Assembly: GCA_003353945.1 (NCBI GenBank)
Contig: PIVM01000007.1
Location: 5,127-69,126, forward strand
DNA length: 64,000 nucleotides
DNA from: Gammaproteobacteria bacterium
GTDB lineage: Bacteria; Pseudomonadota; Gammaproteobacteria; Pseudomonadales; PIVM01
Direction of reading: 5' to 3'
Shown in pieces: positions 30,019 through 40,972 of this stretch (the stretch's first letter is position 1; every line of letters starts with the position of its first letter). Both the position numbers and the translations under genes were made by a program. Under the pieces are notes generated by a model. That model was given only the letters and a program-made list of their open reading frames with translations, had not been told where the DNA came from and did no database searches.

Positions 30019-33000
30019 ATGAAAAAGTACAATCGACAAGCGTTAGGCTGTTGTGCCTTTGTGTTGTTTAACATCGCCGGGGGGGTAGCTCCCGCATATT
30101 CAGCAACAATGAATATAGCCACTGAACCGTTGTACCTTGGGTTTAATGTTGACCCCAACGTATTTTTTGAACTGGATGATTCCGGTTCGATGGACTGGTC
30201 GATTACAACCGTGCCTTATTGGGATCAGTGTCGTTATGACAAGGCTCACCCTAGTGCAGACAACTGTTCCAGCTCATTGCAAACGAATGGTATTTGGCGC
30301 TCCTATGTAATACGCTATCAAGAAAGCGGTAATAACTGGGCAATCCATAATGAGTTTTACGCTAACTTTGCTTATGTATTCGATGTTGATAATGACAACA
30401 AGTACGGTGACTGGTGTACCGATAGCAACACAACCATTGCTTCGTGCCAAATAGACTACGAATATGATGGAAAAGATCGCCGCTACAGAATGGCCTACAC
30501 GAAAGATTGGCGAATCTATTCCTCTGATTTTAATGTGACGTTTTACAACCCCGTATTAACGTATCAACCATGGAAAGCCACAGACCTGGGAAATGCAGAT
30601 TTTTCCGCAGCGCGTAGTAATCCACAGCAGGGTCAAACCGGATACAGCCTTAAGCGAGATCTCGCTGATGATAATGCCATGTTTCCCATAACCGGCAACG
30701 GTTTTGTTTATGAGGTCTGGAAGGATACCCATGGCTATGATTCGAATGATGGCAAGCCAAACTTCACCAACCGGACAGACAAACCTAACGAGTTTGTTGA
30801 TGTGTGGGATTCCCATAATCGTTTTGTCATCACCTCCGCAGGCGGCGGTTATGTATTAACAAAATATGAGGTAAGCTATTCCCTGGAAGATGTTGCCGGC
30901 GACGGTATTAACGATAAGGTTTTGGTCGAACAGGTCAGCAACGGCTTAACTGTAACGACCGACGGCTCCCTAAATAGTGATGGTTCTGCCAGATCCATTA
31001 CTGAAATAGTCCAGAATATTGCCAATTGGTATCAGTACGGACGTCGGCGTATGTTTGTAGCAAAAAATGCCATTTCACGTGTTGTAGACGAAAATTCAGC
31101 ATTCCGTTTTGGAATGACCGTCTTAAATAAAACTGGCGATGGTAGTGACGAATTATTTGCAGAAATGCCCGACCGTGATGATTTTGATTATTCTGACAAC
31201 AATCGAGCCATGTTAGAGTCTTTGTACAAATTTCCTCAACCCGCCAAAGGCACACCATTACGTCGCGGATTGGATAATGCAGGTCGATATTTTGCTCACA
31301 AAACTGGCTACGACGACAAACAGCGTACTAGCCCAATAATAGAAGCCTGCCAACAAAACTTTACTCTGCTATTTACCGATGGCTACTGGAACGGCAGCGA
31401 CCCTTGGACAAGTGTTAGCGACCGTGACGATGACAATATCCCAAAGACTCTTGCTGATGTTGCTAAATATTGGTCTGATCATGATATTGATGAAAACCAG
31501 GCGAACACAGTGCCTGTTCCAGGATCGGCCGGAGAGCATACATTTCAGCATATGGTGACCTATAGCGTTGCCTTTGGTGTGCAAGGGCGCTTGTCTGATC
31601 AATCAGGCAATGACAACGTACCGGATAAAATCATGAACTTTGCCAATAATGGGGCAATCTCCTTTAGTGATTTTGATGCAAGCGCAGAGGGTGTCCGGTG
31701 GGGTGACAATCCCTTCGATTTTTCTACAGGAAAAATTGATGACATGTGGCATGCTGCTTATAACAGTGGAGGCGAGTTTATTTCGGCAAAATCACCGGAA
31801 GAATTATTGGAAGGATTAAATTCTGCTATGGACTCTATCACTGATGCCACAGGTTCATCCTCATCCGTGGCAGCCAGTACCGGTATGTATCAAACAGGTA
31901 CCGCAATCTTTTTAGCACGCTTTAATAGTTTGAATTGGAGCGGTGACATCTTCAAAATTGGGATTGAAAGTGATAACAACGGTGTTTTATCGATACCTGA
32001 TCCAAGTGACTCCGGTGATAATACCGCGTGGGGGGAAGGCGCTGCAGCGAAACTAGATGATTTAGTTGCACTAAACAGTGGCACTGGCTACGACACGAAG
32101 CGCCAAGTGCTAACGTATAATCCTGAAAGCCGCATGGGCATACCGTTCAGATTCCCAAATAATTACACTGCAACGCTAGGAAATACGGACCTGACAAAAA
32201 CACAGATATCAGCGTTGATTCCCAATAGTTTTTCCACTACAGACTCTGAAGAAATTGCAGAAAACAAAACAAAAGGTAAGAATTTAGTTAATTATATTCG
32301 TGGTGATCGGAGTAATGAAATTTCGGGGACGGATGGAGAGTACAGGGCAAGAGATCACGTTCTTGGCGATATTGTGGAATCCAGTCCACGATATGTAAGC
32401 GGGCCGGAGCGATTTTATCCAGACAGTCTTGAAAACGCGGAATATTCAGCCTTTCGCCAGAGCCAGGCCAACAGAAAACCCATACTCTATTTTGGCGCCA
32501 ATGATGGCATGCTTCATGCGGTAGAGGCTGGGGTAGATACTATCAGTATTAGTGGTGATGGAGAAAGAACCGTCAATCTAAGCGGTGGTGGTGAGGAGGT
32601 TTTTTCCTATATACCCTCTGCCGTCAATAAGAATCTGCACAAGCTGGCGAAAACGGATTATTCCCATCTATATTACGTTAACAGCACGGTTTCAGTCAAT
32701 GATGCCTATGTCGGAGGTGCATGGCGAACGGTGTTGGCTGGCAGCTTAGCTGCGGGCGGCCAGGGTATTTATGCGCTAGATATTACACAGACTACAAATA
32801 TGAATGAGAATGATGCCGATAAAATCGTCTTATGGGAATTTAATGACAGCGCGATGATTGCCGGCATTGGTAGTTCAGACGAAGATGACGACAGAGTTGG
32901 GGCTGATGGAGACAAACACCTTGGCCACTCCTATAGCAGACCGCAAATCGCTAAGATGCACAATGGTAAATGGGTTGCCGTTTTTGGTAATGGCTATAAC

Positions 33001-34002
33001 AGCACTGATAATGATGGAATTGCGAGCGATACCGGTGATGCCTACCTCTATATTGTTGACTTGTATACTGGCTTGTTGATTAAGCGGATTAGGATTAGTG
33101 ATGGCTCATCAAGCATCGACAGCCCCAACGGGTTATCGACACCCACATTAGTGGATCTGGAGGGTGATTATGTGGTTGACTATATTTATGCGGGTGACAT
33201 AAAAGGTAATATGTGGAAGCTTGATGTAACGTCAACGTCAACGAGTGGCTGGACTGTGGAAAAATTGTTTGCGGCTGGAAGCGACAAACCGATAACGGTG
33301 AAGCCTGCTGTTGGATCGCACCCGAATGGCTCTGGGCTGATGGTCTTTTTCGGTACGGGCAAGTATATTGAAGCAGCTGATGCCGACCCAAGCACCAATA
33401 CAACACAATCCTTTTATGCGATTTGGGATAATGTGTATGATGCTCAATACAGCCTCCCTGTCAGTGAAAGTAAACTCAACGAGCAGACAATTCTCAATCA
33501 AGTTACGCATTCGGAAAGCAATATGGATGTTAGAGTGACCAGCAATGACCCAATTGATTGGGCCAGTGATAAAGGCTGGTTTATTGATATTAAATACAAC
33601 GGCAACAACTACGGTGAGTTAATTGCGACAGATCCATTGTTAAGACAGGGGCGAGTGGTGTTTATCTCAATACAACCGATGGACGATGCTTGCGCAGCAG
33701 GTGGTGATAGCTGGATCTGGGAATTGGATTCTGCTAGCGGACAGCGCTTGGCTGATAGCCCCGTCGATGTAAATGGTGATGGCGTTATTGACAGCAGCGA
33801 TTATGTTAGCCATGGAGGTGATAACGTAAGTGGTGGTGCTTTCAAATTGCCTGGTATTATGACCATGCCGACCATCCTGGCAGATGCAGATAATTCAGGG
33901 AAAGAGCACAAAATACTGACCTCATCGACGGGTTCTACAACGGAGATGACGGAGAGTAGCGGTAAGAATATGGGGCGACGCTCCTGGCGGCAGTTACGCT
34001 AG
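30019..34002 (+). CDS. pilY1: PilY1 pilus-tip adhesin / biogenesis factor (set 2)
   Basis: 1327 aa with a signal peptide. DxSxS at LDDSGSM (nt 30175-30189). C-terminal propeller region with an EF-hand-like DVNGDGVID (nt 33766-33792). Confidence 0.85.
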   Translation: MKKYNRQALGCCAFVLFNIAGGVAPAYSATMNIATEPLYLGFNVDPNVFFELDDSGSMDWSITTVPYWDQCRYDKAHPSADNCSSSLQTNGIWRSYVIRYQESGNNWAIHNEFYANFAYVFDVDNDNKYGDWCTDSNTTIASCQIDYEYDGKDRRYRMAYTKDWRIYSSDFNVTFYNPVLTYQPWKATDLGNADFSAARSNPQQGQTGYSLKRDLADDNAMFPITGNGFVYEVWKDTHGYDSNDGKPNFTNRTDKPNEFVDVWDSHNRFVITSAGGGYVLTKYEVSYSLEDVAGDGINDKVLVEQVSNGLTVTTDGSLNSDGSARSITEIVQNIANWYQYGRRRMFVAKNAISRVVDENSAFRFGMTVLNKTGDGSDELFAEMPDRDDFDYSDNNRAMLESLYKFPQPAKGTPLRRGLDNAGRYFAHKTGYDDKQRTSPIIEACQQNFTLLFTDGYWNGSDPWTSVSDRDDDNIPKTLADVAKYWSDHDIDENQANTVPVPGSAGEHTFQHMVTYSVAFGVQGRLSDQSGNDNVPDKIMNFANNGAISFSDFDASAEGVRWGDNPFDFSTGKIDDMWHAAYNSGGEFISAKSPEELLEGLNSAMDSITDATGSSSSVAASTGMYQTGTAIFLARFNSLNWSGDIFKIGIESDNNGVLSIPDPSDSGDNTAWGEGAAAKLDDLVALNSGTGYDTKRQVLTYNPESRMGIPFRFPNNYTATLGNTDLTKTQISALIPNSFSTTDSEEIAENKTKGKNLVNYIRGDRSNEISGTDGEYRARDHVLGDIVESSPRYVSGPERFYPDSLENAEYSAFRQSQANRKPILYFGANDGMLHAVEAGVDTISISGDGERTVNLSGGGEEVFSYIPSAVNKNLHKLAKTDYSHLYYVNSTVSVNDAYVGGAWRTVLAGSLAAGGQGIYALDITQTTNMNENDADKIVLWEFNDSAMIAGIGSSDEDDDRVGADGDKHLGHSYSRPQIAKMHNGKWVAVFGNGYNSTDNDGIASDTGDAYLYIVDLYTGLLIKRIRISDGSSSIDSPNGLSTPTLVDLEGDYVVDYIYAGDIKGNMWKLDVTSTSTSGWTVEKLFAAGSDKPITVKPAVGSHPNGSGLMVFFGTGKYIEAADADPSTNTTQSFYAIWDNVYDAQYSLPVSESKLNEQTILNQVTHSESNMDVRVTSNDPIDWASDKGWFIDIKYNGNNYGELIATDPLLRQGRVVFISIQPMDDACAAGGDSWIWELDSASGQRLADSPVDVNGDGVIDSSDYVSHGGDNVSGGAFKLPGIMTMPTILADADNSGKEHKILTSSTGSTTEMTESSGKNMGRRSWRQLR

Positions 34003-34032
34003 CATACTACAAATTTGAAAGAGGTATTGAAA

Positions 34033-34365
34033 ATGAAACCTGTAATTTTAAGTATTGCTCTGGCCATGCTAAGTGTTACTGCTGTTGCTGAGTCGCAATA
34101 TAGTGGCATCATTGAGGCCGTGGATAAGAGAGCGGGTAGTTCTGTCACTATTAAAGGAAAAACCTACAAAGCTAACCATCGGACTGCAGTAAAATATCAG
34201 GGCCAGGTATTGAGTGTGCAAGATCTGAGAAAAGGTTTGCCTATCCGCTATTCACTGTCTCATGAAGGAGGGGCAACGACTCTTGGTGCTGTTGAAATTA
34301 CAGGAACGGCTGGCGTTCAAGCGGATGAGCGTCAAGCAGATGAGCATCAATATGAAGCACATTAA
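34033..34365 (+). CDS. Small secreted protein in the PilY2 position
   Basis: An ATG at 34033 follows AAAGAGG (the track starts at a TTG at 34015). Signal peptide MKPVILSIALAMLSVTAVA. The gene lies between pilY1 and pilE, like pilY2 in P. aeruginosa. I could not verify sequence homology. Confidence 0.45.
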   Translation: MKPVILSIALAMLSVTAVAESQYSGIIEAVDKRAGSSVTIKGKTYKANHRTAVKYQGQVLSVQDLRKGLPIRYSLSHEGGATTLGAVEITGTAGVQADERQADEHQYEAH

Positions 34366-34390
34366 CAAATAGAGTTAGGAGTTTACACCT

Positions 34391-34798
34391 ATGAGAATTG
34401 ATAAGCAGAACGGTTTCACCTTGATTGAAATCATGATTGTAGTAGCGATTATTGGGATTCTTGCAGCGATTGCGGCGCCTGCTTATATGCAATATGTATC
34501 GAAAGCTAAGCGTTCTGATGCGATCGCAGGATTGCAGCAAGTAGCGGCGTATCAAGAAAAACAATTCGTAGCAAATAAAAAATACACTGCTGACGCGACC
34601 GGTTATTCAACGCCTGACGGAGAGTATACAGTAACGGTGGCAATCCAAAATGCCGGCATGAACTTTGTTGCTACCGCCACACCACAGAGTGGATCATCCC
34701 AGGAAGGTGATACTGAGTGCACAACATTTACTCTGTCGAATACCGGCAAAAAAGGTTTTGCTGGAACGGCCACTGCTGTATCTGATTGCTGGAAGTAA
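34391..34798 (+). CDS. pilE: Type IV pilin-like protein PilE (set 2)
   Basis: Leader [34 protein letters not shown]-terminal Cys pair (ECTTF...SDCWK) is typical of the pilin D-region. 135 aa. Confidence 0.8.
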   Translation: MRIDKQNGFTLIEIMIVVAIIGILAAIAAPAYMQYVSKAKRSDAIAGLQQVAAYQEKQFVANKKYTADATGYSTPDGEYTVTVAIQNAGMNFVATATPQSGSSQEGDTECTTFTLSNTGKKGFAGTATAVSDCWK

Positions 34799-35014
34799 GT
34801 GGATGGTGATGGGTATTACTGATCCCTATCAACAATAGGTGACCAACGCTCAAATGAACGACAGCTGTGATGCTTGTTATAACTAGCCAGCACGAAGTGT
34901 TGCCGAAGGAACTTGTTACTGAATGTTGTTGAATAAAAGGTTAAGCTTATAAACTTATCAGGTAAGATACGCCTCAAAAAAACCGTGTTTTTTTCAAATT
35001 TATAATACAGAATA

Positions 35015-35953
35015 TCACCTGACCCTGAGTTCCTTGGGTAAGGAAAACGTAACGTTTTCCTCTTCGCCCAACATTTCCTCGGGTTGCTCAGCGCCTAATT
35101 CACATAATCGCGAAATAACGCCTTCCACCAGCACCTCCGGTGCGGAGGCGCCCGCAGAAACACCAACCAGCTGTTTGCCTTCAAGCCAATGCGCCTGAAT
35201 TCCCTTGGCATCGTCAATCAGATAAGCGTCTGTACCAATACGCTCGGCCAACTCGCGCAGGCGATTTGAGTTGGAGCTGTTGGTAGAACCGACGACTAAT
35301 ACCAAGTCACACTCCGCTGCCAGTATCTTGACTGCATCCTGCCGATTTTGTGTGGCATAACAAATATCATCTTTGCGCGGCCCATGAATGGCTGGAAATT
35401 TTTTCTGTAAGGCCTTAATGACCCGTGAGGTATCATCAATTGACAGTGTTGTTTGTGTCACATAAAACAAGGATGAAGCATTTTTAACTTCCAGTGCCGC
35501 TACCTGCTTCTCATTTTCAATCAGGTAGATCTCACCGCCCTTTGATCGATCATATTGGCCCATGGTGCCTTCCACTTCTGGATGACCCTTGTGCCCTATC
35601 AATATGCACTCACAGCCATCCTGGCTATAGCGCGCCACTTCAATATGCACCTTCGTCACCAGTGGGCAAGTCGCATCAAACACTTTTAACTCACGCCGGG
35701 AGGCTTCCTGTCGCACAGCCTGGGAGACTCCGTGGGCGCTAAAGATAACAATCGACTCGTCAGGCACTTCGTCCAATTCATCGACAAACACTGCTCCGCG
35801 CTGGCGCAAATGATCCACAACAAACTTGTTATGCACAACTTCATGGCGCACATAGATCGGCGGCTTATGCACATCCAAGGCTCGTTCGACAATATCGATC
35901 GCCCGATCAACACCGGCACAAAATCCTCTGGGATTGGCCAGCCGGATTTTCAT
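35015..35953 (-). CDS. ispH: 4-hydroxy-3-methylbut-2-enyl diphosphate reductase
   Basis: 312 aa. [19 protein letters not shown].. is the canonical IspH/LytB N-terminus. The synteny ispH-fkpB-lspA-ileS-ribF is preserved. Confidence 0.95.
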   Translation of the reverse strand: MKIRLANPRGFCAGVDRAIDIVERALDVHKPPIYVRHEVVHNKFVVDHLRQRGAVFVDELDEVPDESIVIFSAHGVSQAVRQEASRRELKVFDATCPLVTKVHIEVARYSQDGCECILIGHKGHPEVEGTMGQYDRSKGGEIYLIENEKQVAALEVKNASSLFYVTQTTLSIDDTSRVIKALQKKFPAIHGPRKDDICYATQNRQDAVKILAAECDLVLVVGSTNSSNSNRLRELAERIGTDAYLIDDAKGIQAHWLEGKQLVGVSAGASAPEVLVEGVISRLCELGAEQPEEMLGEEENVTFSLPKELRVR

Positions 35954-36447
35954 CCCGCTTCACTCTCGGATTGAGCAGCCCCACTCTCGGATTGCTCAAC
36001 CCGATTGACTTCGATGATCTCAACACGAAACTGAATATCCCTGCCTGCCAATGGGTGATTGAAATCCACAATCACTGTGTCATCGAGCAATTCCTTGACA
36101 ACGCCGGGCATGTCGCCATTTTTGGGATCTGAAAACGAGACAATCAACCCAGGCTGTAATTCCAGCTCTTTATTGAAACGATCACGAGGCACACTGTGTA
36201 CATTAGCGGAATTGTGAGAACCAAATCCCTGCTCAGGTTCTATCGTACTCGTCTGATGATCACCCGCACTGAGCCCTTCCAACATTTTTTCAAAGCCTGG
36301 CAACAGGCTGCCATCTCCCATACAAAAAGTAGCGGGTTGTTTCTCAAAAGTTGAATCAATAATCGCCCCATCGCTTAGGGACAACTCGAAGTTCAAGGTT
36401 ACCTTCATACCTTCAGCAATTACAGCCTGACTCATTGCATTACCCAT
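35950..36447 (-). CDS. fkpB: FKBP-type peptidyl-prolyl cis-trans isomerase
   Basis: 165 aa. [34 protein letters not shown] is FKBP_C with an insert-in-flap. Conserved position between lspA and ispH. Confidence 0.8.
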   Translation of the reverse strand: MGNAMSQAVIAEGMKVTLNFELSLSDGAIIDSTFEKQPATFCMGDGSLLPGFEKMLEGLSAGDHQTSTIEPEQGFGSHNSANVHSVPRDRFNKELELQPGLIVSFSDPKNGDMPGVVKELLDDTVIVDFNHPLAGRDIQFRVEIIEVNRVEQSESGAAQSESEAG

Positions 36448-36462
36448 TTAAAGTTTTAATGA

Positions 36463-36981
36463 TTACTTACTTTCAGTTTGTGGCTCATTGCCATGATGGT
36501 GCGGATTAAGAAACACATCGAGCAACATCATGCCAGCACCCACGGTTATAGCGGAATCGGCCACATTAAACGCAGGGAAAAAATGATGATTCCAGTGCAC
36601 GCTGATAAAATCGACCACATAACCCAAAAGCACTCGATCAATCAAATTACCAATAGCACCACTGAGTATCAGGGAGAGACTGGCAGCCAGCCATTTTTGA
36701 TCTGCTTTTAGGCGCAATAACCAGACCACAAGCACCAGACTGACCACAATGGAAATTCCAGTGAAAAACCACCGCTGCCAACCTCCTGCATCACTTAAAA
36801 AGCTAAACGCTGCACCCGTGTTATGTAGCAACGTGAAATTCAGTACCGGCAGAATCGCGTTGGGATGGCCGTAGTCCAAATGGTTGGTAGCAAGCCACTT
36901 GGTCCACTGATCAAGCACAATCAATACAATGGCAAGCAAAAACCAAAGCACATACAATTTTTTTTCTGTCGTCGTTTTCAT
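36463..36981 (-). CDS. lspA: Lipoprotein signal peptidase (signal peptidase II)
   Basis: 172 aa with four TM segments. HNTGAAFSF and FNVADSAI are conserved LspA motifs. Confidence 0.9.
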   Translation of the reverse strand: MKTTTEKKLYVLWFLLAIVLIVLDQWTKWLATNHLDYGHPNAILPVLNFTLLHNTGAAFSFLSDAGGWQRWFFTGISIVVSLVLVVWLLRLKADQKWLAASLSLILSGAIGNLIDRVLLGYVVDFISVHWNHHFFPAFNVADSAITVGAGMMLLDVFLNPHHHGNEPQTESK

Positions 36982-37002
36982 TTTTGTTTTTTGTCTCCTG
37001 AC

Positions 37003-39834
37003 TTAAGCATACAGGCGCTGCTCTCCTTCAGCCTCAACATTACTGATGCAACGCCCACATAATTCCGGGTGTTGCTCGTCTTTACCCACCTCAGTTCGAT
37101 GATGCCAACAACGAACACATTTACTGTGTTCAGAAGCTGTAACCGACAGGCGCAATCCCTCGATGTCTGTTTGTGTCGCATCAGTTTGGGTCGCATCGAC
37201 TCCGTCGGATAACGGTTTTATGTCTGCTTCAGACGTAATCAGCACAAAACGCAATTCATCGCCCAGCAATGACAACAATTGATACAATTTGTCGTCACAG
37301 TACAATATCACCTCGGCATTCAGACCTGAGCCGATACGCCCTTCATTACGCTGTTTTTCCAATTCTTTATTGACCGCTGTTTTCACCGCCATCACTTGCT
37401 GCCAGTAGTCTGCACCCATTTGCTCCTCATCGGGCAAGGCAACAAGACCTTCATACCAGGTTTCCAGAAAGATTGATTCCGTTCGTTGACCCGGAATATG
37501 TTGCCAAATCTCATCCGCAGTAAAACTAAGAATCGGCGCCATCCAACACGCCATGGCTTCGATGATATGGTACATCGCCGTTTGCGCGGACCGTCTCGCT
37601 TGGCTGTCGGTTTGCGTTGTGTACTGTCTGTCCTTAATAATATCCAGATAAAAACCGCCTAACTCCAACACGCAAAAATGATGCAGTTTCTGATAGATCT
37701 GATGAAACTGATACGTATCGTAAGCGTCTATAATCTCTTGTTGTAACTGCGATGCCCTATCAATTATCCAACGATCAAGCTTCAACATCTGATCAGCATC
37801 CAGGCTGTTTACCGCCGGATCAAAGCCATTGAGATTGGATAACAGAAAACGCGCCGTATTGCGTATACGTCGGTAGGAGTCTGCAGTGCGTTTGAATATT
37901 TCGTTAGATACCGTCATTTCATTACGGTAATCCGTTGCCGCCACCCACAAGCGTAAAATGTCCGCTCCCAAATCATTCATGACCTTTTGTGGAGCAATCA
38001 CATTGCCGGTCGACTTGGACATCTTGTGCCCTTTGGCATCGACTGTGAAACCGTGTGTCAAAGCACATTTATAGGGTGCTATACCGTTCATCGCTACAGA
38101 CGTTAACAGGGATGACTGAAACCAACCGCGATGCTGATCAGACCCTTCCAAATAAAGATCCGCAGGATAAGTCAATTTTTCATCCTGCATCAGCACAGTG
38201 GCATGGGTAACACCGGAATCGAACCAAACATCCAGCGTATCGCTGACTTTTTCATAGTGTTCTGCATCCGCACCCAAGAGTTCCTCCGCCTCAAGCTCAA
38301 ACCAGGCATCAATGCCCTGCTGCTCAACACGTTCTGCGACCGTTTCGATCAGTGCTGCTGAATCAGGATGAAGCTGCGCAGTTTCTTTATGTGCAAATAA
38401 GGCAATGGGCACACCCCAGGCACGCTGTCGTGAGATACACCAGTCCGGTCTTTGTTGCATCATGGACTCAATGCGTGCCTCTCCCCAATCAGGCAACCAA
38501 CTGACTTTTTCCACTTCGGACAGGGCATTTTTCAGCAAGCCATTTTGTTCCATGCTAACAAACCACTGTGGCGTGGCACGAAAAATAATCGGGGTTTTAT
38601 GGCGCCAACAATGGGGATAACTGTGCAACAGACTTTCCTTGTGCATTAGCCTGCCTTTTTCTTCCAACACTTCAAGCACATGATCGTTGGCTTTAAACAC
38701 ATGCTCACCGGCAAAAAGTTCGGTATCCGGCAGGAAAACACCATTGCTACCAACAGGATTATAGACTTCCAGGTCATAACTTTGTCCGACATTGAAATCA
38801 TCAACACCGTGCCCCGGTGCGGTGTGTACGGCACCAGTACCGGCTTCAGTCGTCACATGGTCCCCAAGAATAATCGGCACCTGCCGGTCATAAAGTGGAT
38901 GCTGTAAAGCAAGATGTTCAAGTGCTGCGCCTTGGCAACAACCAAGAACCGTGTAATCACTGATGCCGTATCGGCTCATGGACTGTTCGAGTAATGCCTG
39001 CGCTAGTAATAGGATTTCACCAGATGCTTCCACCAGCACATATTCCAGATCCGGATGCAGACAAACCGCCTGGTTAGCAGGTAACGTCCAGGGAGTAGTG
39101 GTCCAGATAAGCACTGATACAGAAGCATTATCGGCAATATCGACCTGATCAAATGATGCTGCCAATGCAGCCTGGTCTACCACCGAAAACCGCACATCAA
39201 TAGCGGGCGATGTCTTGTCCTTATATTCCACCTCAGCCTCTGCCAATGCAGAACCGCAATTACTGCACCAATGCACCGGCTTGAACCCCTTGTGCAGGTG
39301 TCCATTGGCCGCGATCTTACCCAAGGAGCGGATAATATTGGCTTCAAAGTGGAAATCCATGGTCAGATAGGGTTTCTCCCACTCACCAAACACTCCAAGG
39401 CGCTGAAAGTCCTTGCTTTGCCCGTTAACCTGCTTGCGGGCATATTCCCGACACTTCTTGCGAAATGTTGCCGCATCGACTTTCACACCGGGTTTTCCCA
39501 CTTTCTTTTCAACGTTCAATTCAATCGGCAAGCCGTGGCAATCCCAGCCTGGAACATAGGGCGCATCATAGCCACTAAGCGATTTAGACTTGACGATAAT
39601 ATCCTTGAGAATTTTATTGACCGCATGTCCAATATGAATCTCACCATTCGCATAGGGAGGTCCGTCGTGCAGAATAAACTTATCCCGCCCCTCCGCCAGC
39701 TTCCTCTGCTGGTGATACACGTCAATCTCCTGCCATCGTTTTAACATGGCGGGTTCGCGCTGGGATAAATTTGCCTTCATGGGAAAGGCCGTTTTGGGTA
39801 GATTCAAAGTGTGTTTGTAATCAGTCATAATCAC
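37003..39834 (-). CDS. ileS: Isoleucine--tRNA ligase
   Basis: 943 aa. HIGH region [20 protein letters not shown] motif [10 protein letters not shown], and a C-terminal zinc knuckle CVRCWHH..CGRC. Confidence 0.95.
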   Translation of the reverse strand: MIMTDYKHTLNLPKTAFPMKANLSQREPAMLKRWQEIDVYHQQRKLAEGRDKFILHDGPPYANGEIHIGHAVNKILKDIIVKSKSLSGYDAPYVPGWDCHGLPIELNVEKKVGKPGVKVDAATFRKKCREYARKQVNGQSKDFQRLGVFGEWEKPYLTMDFHFEANIIRSLGKIAANGHLHKGFKPVHWCSNCGSALAEAEVEYKDKTSPAIDVRFSVVDQAALAASFDQVDIADNASVSVLIWTTTPWTLPANQAVCLHPDLEYVLVEASGEILLLAQALLEQSMSRYGISDYTVLGCCQGAALEHLALQHPLYDRQVPIILGDHVTTEAGTGAVHTAPGHGVDDFNVGQSYDLEVYNPVGSNGVFLPDTELFAGEHVFKANDHVLEVLEEKGRLMHKESLLHSYPHCWRHKTPIIFRATPQWFVSMEQNGLLKNALSEVEKVSWLPDWGEARIESMMQQRPDWCISRQRAWGVPIALFAHKETAQLHPDSAALIETVAERVEQQGIDAWFELEAEELLGADAEHYEKVSDTLDVWFDSGVTHATVLMQDEKLTYPADLYLEGSDQHRGWFQSSLLTSVAMNGIAPYKCALTHGFTVDAKGHKMSKSTGNVIAPQKVMNDLGADILRLWVAATDYRNEMTVSNEIFKRTADSYRRIRNTARFLLSNLNGFDPAVNSLDADQMLKLDRWIIDRASQLQQEIIDAYDTYQFHQIYQKLHHFCVLELGGFYLDIIKDRQYTTQTDSQARRSAQTAMYHIIEAMACWMAPILSFTADEIWQHIPGQRTESIFLETWYEGLVALPDEEQMGADYWQQVMAVKTAVNKELEKQRNEGRIGSGLNAEVILYCDDKLYQLLSLLGDELRFVLITSEADIKPLSDGVDATQTDATQTDIEGLRLSVTASEHSKCVRCWHHRTEVGKDEQHPELCGRCISNVEAEGEQRLYA

Positions 39835-39893
39835 TTGGTATGTTTGGGTTGTTTAATCTGGTGTGTTTTCATCGGGCAGTTTTTAACATGTCG

Positions 39894-40826
39894 TTACAAT
39901 AAACCAAAGTAACGTTTTCCATAGTCAACATCTGCCGCTATATTGGTTTTCAATTCATCCAGCGATGAAAACTTTTTCTCATCCCGAATCTTTTTCTTAA
40001 AGCTGACACTAATCATTTTACCATAGAGGTTTTCGTTGAAATCCAACAGGTGTACTTCAAGAATCGCTTTTACACTGTCATCGACCGTGGGCCTGGTGCC
40101 TATATTGGCAACTCCGGGAATGGTGCGCTCATCAAAACCGGAAACCTCAACAGCATAGACACCGGACAAAGCCGCCCGATAACGCTTTAGCCGTAAATTT
40201 GCTGTGGGTACATCCAGCGTTCGGCCCAGTTGCTGGCCGACAATAACCTTGCCACATATCGTATATGGCCTTCCTAACAAACGTTCCGCCAATTCAAGGT
40301 CATCCGACTCAAGCGCTTCACGCACACGGGTACTGCTAATACGCTCGCCATCCTCTTTCTGTGTCCGTGTATCGACAACGTCAAATCCATAACGATCACC
40401 GGCTGTTTTTAATAAAGAGAAGTCTCCCTCACGATCTCGACCAAAACGCAAGTCGTCACCGACTACGATATAACGAATATCGAGTCCCTCAACAAACACC
40501 CGTTGGATAAAGTCCTGCGCGGGCATGCGGCTTAGCATCTCATCGAATCGAATTCGTAGCAGACTGTGAATACCGCAATCGCTTAACGCCAAGTAACGTT
40601 CGCGAAAACTCATTAACCTCGCTGGCGATTTCACTGGCGCAAAATACTCACGCGGCAATGGCTCAAACACGATAACAACTGAAGGCAAGCCCAACTCTTT
40701 GCTTTTTTGCAGCAACTGGCTGAGCACCTTTTGATGGCCATGATGAACACCATCAAAAGCGCCCATGGTCGCCACACATCCACGGTGTCGAGCACGAAGA
40801 TTGTGTAAGCCGCGGATGAGTTCCAT
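39894..40826 (-). CDS. ribF: Bifunctional riboflavin kinase / FMN adenylyltransferase
   Basis: 310 aa. MGAFDGVHHGHQKVL matches the nucleotidyltransferase motif, and a riboflavin kinase C-terminal half follows. Confidence 0.9.
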   Translation of the reverse strand: MELIRGLHNLRARHRGCVATMGAFDGVHHGHQKVLSQLLQKSKELGLPSVVIVFEPLPREYFAPVKSPARLMSFRERYLALSDCGIHSLLRIRFDEMLSRMPAQDFIQRVFVEGLDIRYIVVGDDLRFGRDREGDFSLLKTAGDRYGFDVVDTRTQKEDGERISSTRVREALESDDLELAERLLGRPYTICGKVIVGQQLGRTLDVPTANLRLKRYRAALSGVYAVEVSGFDERTIPGVANIGTRPTVDDSVKAILEVHLLDFNENLYGKMISVSFKKKIRDEKKFSSLDELKTNIAADVDYGKRYFGLL

Positions 40827-40972
40827 ATGCTTTGTCTGGGTATTCCCGAATCAATCAAAAGCGAACGATTATAACTCAGTCCATGCAGGGAAAATACAGT
40901 GAAATGCACCCGCCCAAGCCAAAGTAATCCCAAGAGCCGAGCAAGTCGGGCGAAATCCCCCAAAGCCGGGTC

